Below are positions 35,194 through 43,275 of a stretch of DNA of 60,942 bases, piece by piece. The DNA is from Terriglobales bacterium (GTDB taxonomy: Bacteria > Acidobacteriota > Terriglobia > Terriglobales > SCQP01). The notes under the pieces are model-generated. The model made no database searches. It had not been told where the DNA came from and saw nothing but the letters and a program-made list of their open reading frames with translations. The DNA is taken from positions 1 through 60,942 of the forward strand of contig JBOGKW010000002.1 in assembly GCA_050746205.1 (NCBI GenBank), in the 5' to 3' direction. The stretch's first letter is position 1, and every line of letters begins with the position of its first letter. Position numbers and translations under genes: made by a program.

Positions 35194-37226
35194 TTATGCG
35201 GCACGGGCGTCCCGCCCCGCCGTGGTTCTCGACGGGACTGGGCGGCGGCGCGGCCGAACCAAATCGTCACGGACTGCCCCGGCGCCAGCGCCGCGCCAGC
35301 CGGCGGCTGCTGGGCCACCGCCGCACCGTGGCCGACGAGCCGCGGGCGCAAGCCGAGCGCCGCGCACTGCTCCGCCGCCGCCCGCAGCGGGCGGCCGCGG
35401 AACTGGGGCATCGTGCTCGCTCCCACGCCGGGGACTGCCCCGCCCAGCGCCACCACCACCAAGCCCGGCCGGGGCGCGGGAGCCGTCAGCGCGGGCGCCA
35501 CGACGGGCGGCGGAGGAGGCGACGCCTCCGCCTCCAAGGCCGCGGAATCGCCGGGCAGATCTTGAGGCACGCCCATATAGGGCAGCACGCGCTCCGCGAT
35601 GCGGCGGAAGACCGGCGCCGCGGTGTATTCGCCCTCATGATTGCCCTGCGGGGCATAGAGAACCACCAGCATGGCAATGACCGGATGGCGCAGCGGCGCA
35701 AAGCCGGCGAAGGAAGCCACGTAGTCATGCTGCGAGTAGGCGTGGGCGCCGGGGTTAACCATCTGCGCCGTCCCGGTCTTGCCGGCATCGCTGTAGCCGG
35801 GCATCACGGCCGTCACGCCCGTGCCCCGCAGCACGACCTGGCGCATCATCGCCTGCAGCTCGCGCGCCACCGCCGGGCGGACGACACGGCGACCCGCGAG
35901 CACGCCCGCCCCCGCATCGGCGGTCTCCGGCCCGCCGGCCAGCACGATGCGGGGGCGATGATACACGCCGCCCTCGGCTATGGCCGAGACCATGGAGAGG
36001 ACCTGCAGCGGGGTGACGGCGATCTCCTGCCCCATGCTGATGGCGCCAATGGCCATCGGCAGCCAACGCCGCCAGGGCTGGAGAATGCCCGGCGATTCGC
36101 CCGGCAGCCCGATGCCCGTGGGGGCGCCAAAGCCGTAGGCGCGGATGTAGCGATAAAAGCGCTGGTCCCCCAGGCGCAGGCCTAGCTTGATCGCCCCGAC
36201 GTCGCTGGAGTGGACCAGGATATCGGTGACGCTGAGGTTGCCATAGCGGGCGTGATCATGGATCAGCAGGCCCCCGACCAGGATCGAACCGTCGCCGCAA
36301 TAGACCACTTGTTGCGGCGTGGCCAGGCCTTCATTGAGCGCCGCCGACAGCGTCACCAGCTTGAAGACCGAGCCCGGCTCATAGACGTCGCTGATGGCGG
36401 CGTCGGTCATGTCGCGCTCCGGCGTGGTTGCAAAGTCGTTGGGGTTGAAGGTGGGGGAGTTGGCGATGGCCAGGATTTGCGCCGTCCGCGGATTTTCGAT
36501 CACCACCGTGCCCTGGCGAGCACGGGTCTTGCGCATGGCGCGGTCCAGCTCCTGCTGGGCGATATACTCGATGTTCTCGTCCAGGGTCAGCACCAGCCGA
36601 TGGCCGGGCTCGGCGGGGCGCTCGGTTTGCCCGTACGCGTTGCCGTGCGCATCCACGCGCACCAGTTCGCGCCCCGGGCGGCCGCGGAGCCACGCGTCGT
36701 CGGCCAGCTCAATGCCGGCTAGGCCGCGGCCGTCCATGCCGACGTAGCCCAGCACCTGAGCGGCCAAGTCGCCCTTGGGGTAGAACCGGCGGCTTTCCTT
36801 CTGAAAATAAATGCCGGGCAGGCGCAGCGCCCGCACCTGGCGGGACTGGCTGGCGGTGATCTTTCGCGCCACCCAGCAGAAGTCACGGGAGCTGGCGAAG
36901 CGTCCCTCCAGGTCGCGGACGTCCAAATGCAGAATGCGTGCCAGGGCCCGGGCCTCGCGGTGCGGCTGGGTGAGGCGCGCGGGCACGGCGAAGACCGAGT
37001 CCACCCGCAGGCTCATGGCCAGGGGGTGCAGGTTGCGGTCGAAAATGACGCCGCGTGGCGCCTGGAGCTCAATCGTGCGCGACTGCTGGCGCTGGGCCCG
37101 GGCGGCGAGCACCGCGTAGTCGCCAAGCTGCAAGCCCGCCAGCCGGACAATCACCAGCAAGGCCCACAGCGCCAGCCCCAACTCCAACATCCAAATGCGC
37201 CGCCGTGAGGGGCCGGAGGGTCTCAT
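35190..37226 (-). CDS. ftsI: Peptidoglycan D,D-transpeptidase FtsI (class B PBP) with one C-terminal PASTA-like domain
   Basis: N-terminal TM anchor, SxxK (GSVFK), KTGTA, a Pro/Ala linker, then a PASTA-like MPQFRGRPLRAAAEQCAALGL...QQPPAGAALAPGQSVTIWF. Confidence 0.9.
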   Translation of the reverse strand: MRPSGPSRRRIWMLELGLALWALLVIVRLAGLQLGDYAVLAARAQRQQSRTIELQAPRGVIFDRNLHPLAMSLRVDSVFAVPARLTQPHREARALARILHLDVRDLEGRFASSRDFCWVARKITASQSRQVRALRLPGIYFQKESRRFYPKGDLAAQVLGYVGMDGRGLAGIELADDAWLRGRPGRELVRVDAHGNAYGQTERPAEPGHRLVLTLDENIEYIAQQELDRAMRKTRARQGTVVIENPRTAQILAIANSPTFNPNDFATTPERDMTDAAISDVYEPGSVFKLVTLSAALNEGLATPQQVVYCGDGSILVGGLLIHDHARYGNLSVTDILVHSSDVGAIKLGLRLGDQRFYRYIRAYGFGAPTGIGLPGESPGILQPWRRWLPMAIGAISMGQEIAVTPLQVLSMVSAIAEGGVYHRPRIVLAGGPETADAGAGVLAGRRVVRPAVARELQAMMRQVVLRGTGVTAVMPGYSDAGKTGTAQMVNPGAHAYSQHDYVASFAGFAPLRHPVIAMLVVLYAPQGNHEGEYTAAPVFRRIAERVLPYMGVPQDLPGDSAALEAEASPPPPPVVAPALTAPAPRPGLVVVALGGAVPGVGASTMPQFRGRPLRAAAEQCAALGLRPRLVGHGAAVAQQPPAGAALAPGQSVTIWFGRAAAQSRREPRRGGTPVPHN

Positions 37227-37433
37227 ATGCGGTCATTCGGTGATCGCTGGGCGGCCGGTGGCGGCCCGCCCGCTGGCTCTCTGTGGCGCGGCCTGAACGC
37301 TGCGGCGTCCCGGCCGGTCCGCCGCGGAACCGGGCTCCGCTCGGCTCCGCGTGGTCTTTAGCCCTTGCCCCGCCAATGGCTCAACCGCGTCGCACCTGCC
37401 TGCTCCACCACGGTCAACGCCCTCCCCACCCGA

Positions 37434-37871
37434 TCAGCGGCGGCCCATGGGGCCGGCCCGCGAGACCTCACGCGGGACGGCGCGCGGCAGCTGGGCCTCG
37501 GCCATCACCGGCCCCGGTTCAACCGCCGGTACCGGCGGTTGAGTCAGCCGGACCCACTGGCCGGGCTGGGCCGATTGCAGGCCCAAACGCTGATGGGCCA
37601 GCGCGTAGATGCGGATGGGATCGCGCAAGGCGGCTTGTTCCAGCCGCAGCTCCCGGTTCCACTGCCGTAGGCCGGCTTGTTGTCGGCGCACTCCCTCGAC
37701 CTGATATCCCAGGCGCAGGCTTTGAAAGTTTTGCCAGGCGTAGCCGAACAGCAGTAGGCAGACGGCGCTGACCGCGGCCAACAGCAGGCGCTGCTCGCGC
37801 CGGCGGCGCGGATCCTCGACCCGCACGACGCGCGAGTTGTCAATGCGCTGGGTGAAATGAAAGTCCCTCAT
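37434..37871 (-). CDS. ftsL: FtsL-like cell-division protein
   Basis: The small bitopic protein (MRDFHF...LLLAAVSAVCLLLF then a coiled coil) lies between rsmH and ftsI. ATGA overlap with the rsmH stop. The longer track ORF (to 38123) is an upstream extension. Confidence 0.65.
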   Translation of the reverse strand: MRDFHFTQRIDNSRVVRVEDPRRRREQRLLLAAVSAVCLLLFGYAWQNFQSLRLGYQVEGVRRQQAGLRQWNRELRLEQAALRDPIRIYALAHQRLGLQSAQPGQWVRLTQPPVPAVEPGPVMAEAQLPRAVPREVSRAGPMGRR

Positions 37872-38803
37872 GCCGCCTCCTGCTGCCGCGGCAGCGCCGC
37901 GCCGGTGCGGCGGCAGGCGCGCAAGCGCGCGCTGCGGGCCCTGGGGTTGGCGGCCACCTCGGCCTCGGCGGGGCGCACCACCCGCGGCGTCAGCAGCTCG
38001 TAGACGCCCTCGCGGGCCAGGGCTTGAAAGTTTTGCTTGACGGGACGGTCCTCGAGGGAATGGAAGGCGATGGTCACCACCCGCCCGCCGGCGGCCAGCC
38101 AGGCCGGCGCCTGCGCCAGCCATGCGGTGATGGCCTCCAGTTCCTGATTAACGAAGATGCGCAAGGCCTGGAACGCGCGCGTGGCCGGGTGCGGACCGCG
38201 ACTACGCCGGGCATGGGCGGCGCGGGACATTGGCCGGGTCACGGCCGCGATCACCCCCGCCAATTGCGTGGTGGTGGTGAACGGCCGTGACCGGACAATG
38301 GCTCTGGCGATTCTCCGCGACCTCCTCTCCTCTCCGTATTGGAAAATCAGGTCGGCCAGCTCCCGCTCGCCGAACTGATTGACCACCTGCGCCGCCGTCA
38401 GCTCCTGGCTGGGGTCCATCCGCATATCCAGCGGTCCCCCGGCGGCAAATCCGAATCCCCGCTCGGCCTGATCCATTTGCATTGAGCTGGCGCCGAAATC
38501 GGCGAGCAGGCCGTCCACCGGGCCGGCGCCCAGCTGCATGAGCACCACGCCCAGGCGGCTGAAGTTGGCGCGGGCCAAATCCACGCGCGACGCGGCGCCG
38601 CGCAAGCGCTCACCGGCGAGTTGCAGCGCCGCCGGATCCCGGTCCAAGCCGATCAACCTGCCCTGCGGACCCAGCCGCCGCGCGATCTGGGCGGCGTGGC
38701 CCCCGCCGCCGACGGTGCAGTCCACGTAGACCCCGCCTGGGCGCGGCGCCAAATATTCCAGCACCTCCGCCGCCATGACCGGGATGTGCGCCGACTCCGC
38801 CAT
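37868..38803 (-). CDS. rsmH: 16S rRNA (cytosine1402-N4)-methyltransferase
   Basis: HIPVMAAEVLEYL, DCTVGGGGHA and GLDRDP motifs. ATG 38803 lies 5 nt after the mraZ stop. The track ORF upstream part (to 39286) overlaps mraZ out of frame. Confidence 0.9.
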   Translation of the reverse strand: MAESAHIPVMAAEVLEYLAPRPGGVYVDCTVGGGGHAAQIARRLGPQGRLIGLDRDPAALQLAGERLRGAASRVDLARANFSRLGVVLMQLGAGPVDGLLADFGASSMQMDQAERGFGFAAGGPLDMRMDPSQELTAAQVVNQFGERELADLIFQYGEERRSRRIARAIVRSRPFTTTTQLAGVIAAVTRPMSRAAHARRSRGPHPATRAFQALRIFVNQELEAITAWLAQAPAWLAAGGRVVTIAFHSLEDRPVKQNFQALAREGVYELLTPRVVRPAEAEVAANPRARSARLRACRRTGAALPRQQEAA

Positions 38804-38808
38804 CGTCG

Positions 38809-39252
38809 TCAAATCCCCAAATCCGCCAACGTCTGTTTGTCGGCGTCGGTGAAAGGATTCGCCTTCATCTCGTTTACCAAGCGCTCGGTGTTCCAGACCT
38901 CCAAATGGCGCAAGTAGCCCAGCACGGCGACATCCCCGCGCATCTGCGCCGACTCGCGCAAGATCGGGGGCATCAGCAGCCGCCCCTGGGCGTCCATCTC
39001 GACCAATTGGCCGTAGTAGTTGGTGCGGCTGAGCAGCTTCTGCTTGACCGGAGCCATCGTGGGCAGGGCCGCCAATCGTTCTTCGATTCGCTCCCACTCG
39101 CCCATGGGATAAACCCGTGCGCTCTGGCCGTCGAAGCTGGTGATGTAGAACTTGGCGCCCGGAAAGGCTTGCTCCAGGTAGGCGCGGAACTCGTTGGGAA
39201 TCTTGAGTCTTCCCTTCTCGTCCACGCGCGCCGGATAATTGCCCCTCAGCAT
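38809..39252 (-). CDS. mraZ: Transcriptional regulator MraZ
   Basis: MLRGNYPARVDEKGRLKIP and a second DAQGRLLMP copy (duplicated SpoVT/AbrB-like MraZ units). First gene of the dcw cluster. Confidence 0.9.
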   Translation of the reverse strand: MLRGNYPARVDEKGRLKIPNEFRAYLEQAFPGAKFYITSFDGQSARVYPMGEWERIEERLAALPTMAPVKQKLLSRTNYYGQLVEMDAQGRLLMPPILRESAQMRGDVAVLGYLRHLEVWNTERLVNEMKANPFTDADKQTLADLGI

Positions 39253-39281
39253 GACACTCGGCCCAATGGGCACCACATTTC

Positions 39282-39306
39282 GCCACTTTTTCCCACCCGC
39301 GCCCAC
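39282..39306 (-). promoter_or_regulatory. Candidate MraZ operator: three direct pentamer repeats with 5-nt spacers
   Basis: The minus strand reads GTGGG-cgcgg-GTGGG-aaaaa-GTGGC, 30-54 nt upstream of the mraZ ATG. The pentamer and spacing match the E. coli MraZ operator architecture. Confidence 0.55.
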
Positions 39307-39465
39307 AATCGTACCGAGACTGGCTGGAAAGTCAACAGGTAAATCGGCCAGGCCACCCGTCACCGCGTATCTAGTTAGTTAACAGCGGGAGCCTGGCGCC
39401 AACGGCCCGCCGTTCCGCGCCCGCTCCCTGTTCCCGGCGCCTCTCGATCTGCGCCACACTACGGG

Positions 39466-39930
39466 ATGGTGAGTTCGGCCTCTACCCCGCTTCCACCGTC
39501 GCCCCGCCGCTGGCTGCCCATCGTGATTGGGGTGGTCGGGACGGCGGTCATCATTGCCGTGGCGGTCGTGGGCTGGCACTGGGGTTCGCGACCGGCGGGC
39601 CGGGCAGACCCCGGTTATGTGCCGCGCGTGCTGGCCCAAGCGACGCGCGTCAGCCAAGCCCAAACCATGATGGCGGGCAGCGTGATTTACGTTGACGGAA
39701 CCGTCGCCAACACCGGCACCCGCACGGTCACCCAGGCCAATGCTACGCTGCGCTTTTCCGACGTGTACGGGCAGTTGGCGCAACTGAGCCGGGTGAGCGT
39801 TGTGGACGCCAATAGCGGGCCACTCCAGCCCGGTCAGCACCGCAGTTTCCGGTTGGGCTTTGACCACGTCTCGGCGCAGTGGAACCAGGCGCCGCCGGCG
39901 GTGAAGATCACGCAGGTCTATACGCGCTAG
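39466..39930 (+). CDS. Hypothetical membrane-anchored protein (N-terminal TM helix plus a probably beta-rich extracytoplasmic domain)
   Basis: WLPIVIGVVGTAVIIAVAVVGW is a TM segment. The rest is T/V/N/Q-rich. No family recognised with confidence. Confidence 0.5.
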   Translation: MVSSASTPLPPSPRRWLPIVIGVVGTAVIIAVAVVGWHWGSRPAGRADPGYVPRVLAQATRVSQAQTMMAGSVIYVDGTVANTGTRTVTQANATLRFSDVYGQLAQLSRVSVVDANSGPLQPGQHRSFRLGFDHVSAQWNQAPPAVKITQVYTR

Positions 39931-39992
39931 CGGTCGCCCCAACGTCCTGAGGTTGCGGGCACCACGCCAGCAAGCCCTGAACTGCTAACCTG

Positions 39993-41924
39993 ATGGGCAT
40001 GCCCGCTGACGAGATCCTGGCCAGTTTGGCCTGGCAGCCAAACGAAGTTCCGTCCGGCCTGAGCCGCGCCGAGCGGCTACGCCGTATCCGCCACTCCAGC
40101 AGCCACATCATGGCGCAAGCGGTGCGGGAGATCTTTCCCGACGTGCAACTGGCGATTGGACCGCCGATTGAGCATGGGTTTTACTACGACATGGGGCTGC
40201 CGCGGGCACTGCAGCCGGAAGATCTGCCGGAGATCGAGCGCCGAATGCACAAAATCGTGGCGCGGCGGCCGGACTTCAACCGGGCGGAGATCGAACGGCG
40301 GCGTGCGATCGAGCTGTTTCGCGAGTGGCGCCAGGACTTCAAGCTGCAGATACTGGCGGGCATCGCCGACGAGCGGGTGTCGCTGTACAAGCAGGACCGG
40401 TTCATTGATTTGTGCGCCGGGCCACATGTGGCCAACGCCGAGGCCTGCGGGCATTTCAAGCTGACCAGCGTCGCCGGGGCCTATTGGCGCGGCGATGAGC
40501 ATCAGCCGATGCTGCAGCGCATCTACGGCACCGCCTGGGAGACGGAAGAAGAGCTGGCCGAGTATTTGCAGTTCGTCGAGGATGCCAAGCAGCGGGACCA
40601 TCGGAGGCTGGGACAGCAATTGGATCTGTTCAGCTTTCATCCCTGGACGGCGGGCTGCCCGCTGTGGCATCCGCGGGGAGTGACGGTGCGGAATGAGCTG
40701 TTGCGGCTATGGCGGGAGACGCACACCGCGGCGGGGTACCAGGAGATCCTGAATCCCGTGCTGTACCGCAAGGACTTGTTTGAGACCTCCGGCCACTGGG
40801 GGCATTTCCGGGAAAACATGTTCCTGGTGACCGAAGGCACGGCGTTGGCGCCGCCGGGGGAAACCGCAACGGCTGGCCAGGCGGCGGGGGAAGAGCCGGC
40901 CCTGCCGGCTCAACCCGAGCCAGCCATGGCGCTGAAGCCCATGAACTGCCCGGACACAATGCTGTTCTACAAAACCCGGCAGCATTCCTACCGCGACCTG
41001 CCGCTGCGCATCTCCGAAGGGCAGCTGCTGCACCGCAATGAGCCGATGGGCGCGCTGCACGGGCTGATGCGGGCGCGGGTGTTCACGCAGGACGATGCCC
41101 ACCTGTTCGTACGCGAGGAACAGATTCAGGAGGAGATGGCCGGGGTACTGGCGCTGCTGGCCAAGATCTACGGCTATTTCGGGCTCCGCTACACGCTGAC
41201 GCTTTCCACCAGGCCGGACCAAGCCATGGGAGAACCCGAGCTGTGGAATTCCGCCGAGCGGGCGCTGGCGGAGGCACTGCGGGCGGCGGGCCTGGATTAC
41301 GCCACCGATGCCGGCGGCGGCGCGTTCTACGGCCCCAAGATTGACGTCAAGATCCACGACAGCCTGGGCAGGGAATGGCAGTGCGGCACCGTGCAACTGG
41401 ACTTCCAAATGCCGCGGCGGTTCGGCCTCGAATATGTGGACCGCGACGACCAGCCGCGCACGCCGGTCGTGATTCACCGCGCGTTGTTTGGCTCGGTAGA
41501 ACGCTTCCTGGGCATTTTGCTGGAGCATTTCGCCGGCGCGCTACCCACCTGGCTGGCGCCGGTGCAGGCGGCGGTGCTGCCCATCGCCGAGGGACAGAAC
41601 GAATATGCCGCCCAAGTAGCGGCTCGGGGCCGGGGACTAGGCCTGCGGATTGAGCTCGGCGAGGCCAGCAACAAAATCGGCTATCGCATCCGCGAGGCGG
41701 AACTGCAAAAGATTCCCTACATGCTGGTGGTGGGCAAGCGGGAGGCGGCGGAGGGCACGGTGGCGGTGCGGACCTACCAGGACAAGGACCGTGGCCCGAT
41801 GCCCGTGGAGGCGGCGATGGAGGAAATCGCCATCCGGGCGCGGGAGCGGAGCCTGGACGTGAGGGTGAAGGACTACGCGCGGCTGTTCGCCACCCAGGAC
41901 GCGGCGCCGACGGCGGCGTACTAG
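39993..41924 (+). CDS. thrS: Threonine--tRNA ligase lacking the N-terminal TGS domain, with a low-complexity insertion before KPMNCP
   Basis: Editing-domain HSSSH and DLCAGPH...AGAYWRGD...MLQRIYGTAW. Catalytic KPMNCP and HRNEPMGALHGLMRARVFTQDDAH. Anticodon-binding C-terminus. Confidence 0.9.
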   Translation: MGMPADEILASLAWQPNEVPSGLSRAERLRRIRHSSSHIMAQAVREIFPDVQLAIGPPIEHGFYYDMGLPRALQPEDLPEIERRMHKIVARRPDFNRAEIERRRAIELFREWRQDFKLQILAGIADERVSLYKQDRFIDLCAGPHVANAEACGHFKLTSVAGAYWRGDEHQPMLQRIYGTAWETEEELAEYLQFVEDAKQRDHRRLGQQLDLFSFHPWTAGCPLWHPRGVTVRNELLRLWRETHTAAGYQEILNPVLYRKDLFETSGHWGHFRENMFLVTEGTALAPPGETATAGQAAGEEPALPAQPEPAMALKPMNCPDTMLFYKTRQHSYRDLPLRISEGQLLHRNEPMGALHGLMRARVFTQDDAHLFVREEQIQEEMAGVLALLAKIYGYFGLRYTLTLSTRPDQAMGEPELWNSAERALAEALRAAGLDYATDAGGGAFYGPKIDVKIHDSLGREWQCGTVQLDFQMPRRFGLEYVDRDDQPRTPVVIHRALFGSVERFLGILLEHFAGALPTWLAPVQAAVLPIAEGQNEYAAQVAARGRGLGLRIELGEASNKIGYRIREAELQKIPYMLVVGKREAAEGTVAVRTYQDKDRGPMPVEAAMEEIAIRARERSLDVRVKDYARLFATQDAAPTAAY

Positions 41925-41951
41925 CCTCACGCCACCGCCAGCTCCTCGCGC

Positions 41952-42100
41952 GGCTTGCCGCGCCCGGACATTGCCGCGCAGACAGCCCGCGCCCCGGAAA
42001 CCCTTGCCCGCCAGCGGTTCAGCCGCCCGATGCTGGACCGCCCCGCCGCTCCACCCCAAGGCGCGCCGCTGCGCCTTGGGGACCGCGGCGCTAGCGGGGG
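41952..42100 (+). repeat. Copy C of the mosaic repeat, containing a perfect 11-bp hairpin
   Basis: GCGGTTCAGCCGCCCGATGCTGGACCGCCCCGCCGCTCCA then CCCCAAGGCGC-gccgct-GCGCCTTGGGG (42054-42081). Preceded by two TTGCCGCG motifs. Lies between the thrS stop and the yihY start. Confidence 0.75.
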
Positions 42101-42143
42101 CCTCCGCACTCCCGGGAACGGCGGCGAGCCTACACTGAGGGAC

Positions 42144-43067
42144 ATGGGCCTGATTACCGCTAGCCGCACCGCACCGCCCGCCCCAAGGCGGCCGCGGCAG
42201 GCGGTGGCGCGGCGGACGGCGAACTATTTGGCGGCGTCCGAGACGCACACGTTCGCGTTTTCCATCGCCGCCCAGGCGCTGCTGTCGTTTTTTCCCTTCC
42301 TGGTGTTCTTACTGGCGTTGACACGGAACGTGCTCCATTCGCCGCGGCTGTTTCGCGGGCTGCTGACGCTGATCGCCGCCTACCTGCCCATCCACGACGC
42401 GCCCAACCTGCACGACCGGCGGTACATCCTGGACACGCTGCGCGCCATCGTGGTGCACCACCAGCAGGCGCAGATCTTTTCCTTGTTGATTTTGCTGGCC
42501 GCCTGCGCGGGGATGTTCATTCCCCTGGAGGTGGCGCTGAACCGCATCTGGAGCGCGCCACGCAATCGCGCCTATGGGCATGCTTGGGCCGTGGCGCTCG
42601 GCCTCTCGTTCGCCTGTGGCGTGCTGAGCCTGCTGTCGGCGTCGCTGACGGCGCTGTCGGAGAGTTATTCGGACCGATTAGCCAACTTTATTTGGAAACA
42701 TTCTCCGGTTCCCTTGGGCGCGCTGCACCATCTAGTTCCTTATGTTACCCAGGTGCTGGTGCGGGCGGGAGCGGTACCGGTGACCATCGGGGTCTTCTTT
42801 TTGATCTACTGGCGGCTGCCCAACGCTCCCGTGCCGGCGAAGGTGGCCTTGGAGGCGGCGGTCGTGGCGGGGCTCGGATGGGAGGTCTCGAAGTACGTCT
42901 ATATCGCTCTTTTACCCTGGCTGAATTTCCGCGACATTTATGGGCCCTTTAGCCTTTCCATTTCCCTGCTTCTGTGGGCCTATGTCTCGGCGCTGCTGGT
43001 GCTCGCCGGGGCGGAGGTCATGGCGGAGTCGCGGCGGCTGGCGCGGCCGGCGGGGGCCACCCTCTAG
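42144..43067 (+). CDS. YihY/BrkB (ribonuclease BN-like) family membrane protein
   Basis: FAFSIAAQALLSFFPFLVFLLAL and multiple TM segments with YihY-family topology. ATG 42144; the upstream part of the track ORF is repeat sequence. Confidence 0.7.
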   Translation: MGLITASRTAPPAPRRPRQAVARRTANYLAASETHTFAFSIAAQALLSFFPFLVFLLALTRNVLHSPRLFRGLLTLIAAYLPIHDAPNLHDRRYILDTLRAIVVHHQQAQIFSLLILLAACAGMFIPLEVALNRIWSAPRNRAYGHAWAVALGLSFACGVLSLLSASLTALSESYSDRLANFIWKHSPVPLGALHHLVPYVTQVLVRAGAVPVTIGVFFLIYWRLPNAPVPAKVALEAAVVAGLGWEVSKYVYIALLPWLNFRDIYGPFSLSISLLLWAYVSALLVLAGAEVMAESRRLARPAGATL

Positions 43068-43187
43068 CCGGCGCGCTCGGTCCTAGTACCGGTGTCGGCC
43101 AGCGTGGGAGGTGACCACTTCGATGCTCGGCCAAGTCCAAGATTTTGCGCGTGTTGCGCTCAGTGTGAGGAATCGTGGGAAAATAAA

Positions 43188-43233
43188 ACGCTACCCGTAG
43201 TGGAATCGTCTTGACGACCGCAATGTGTAGAGG
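43188..43233 (+). promoter_or_regulatory. Two weak NrdR-box-like palindromes upstream of nrdJ
   Basis: acgCTAcccgTAGtgg (43188-43203) and ccgCAAtgtgTAGagg (43218-43233) start 30 nt apart. Each matches about 10-11 of 16 positions of the remembered NrdR box acaCwAtATaTwGtgt. The second lies in the promoter spacer. Confidence 0.3.
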
Positions 43234-43239
43234 TAAAGT
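43211..43239 (+). promoter_or_regulatory. Candidate sigma70-type promoter for nrdJ
   Basis: TTGACG-17 nt-TAAAGT in the only AT-rich patch of the spacer, 37 nt upstream of ATG 43276. GAGGA RBS at 43261-43265. Confidence 0.35.
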
Positions 43240-43275
43240 TCGGCTCCGTTAGCTTTTTTCGAGGACACCCCGACC

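Noticed and set aside
38804-39286. 161-codon upstream extension of rsmH overlapping mraZ, and the 37-codon extension of mraZ (39253-39363)
   Set aside because: Conserved N-termini (MAESAHIPVMAAEV... for RsmH and MLRGNYPARVDEKGRL... for MraZ) start at internal ATGs. The extensions are out-of-frame read-throughs of the neighbouring gene or promoter.
41955-42143. N-terminal 63 codons of the yihY-family ORF
   Set aside because: This segment is repeat copy C, the same sequence found in non-coding contexts elsewhere. ATG 42144 gives a normal YihY N-terminus.
43068-43275. Looked for a cobalamin riboswitch or other structured leader in front of nrdJ
   Set aside because: There is no B12 box or GCCACTG/AAGGGAA core. 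The leader downstream of the candidate promoter is only about 35 nt.
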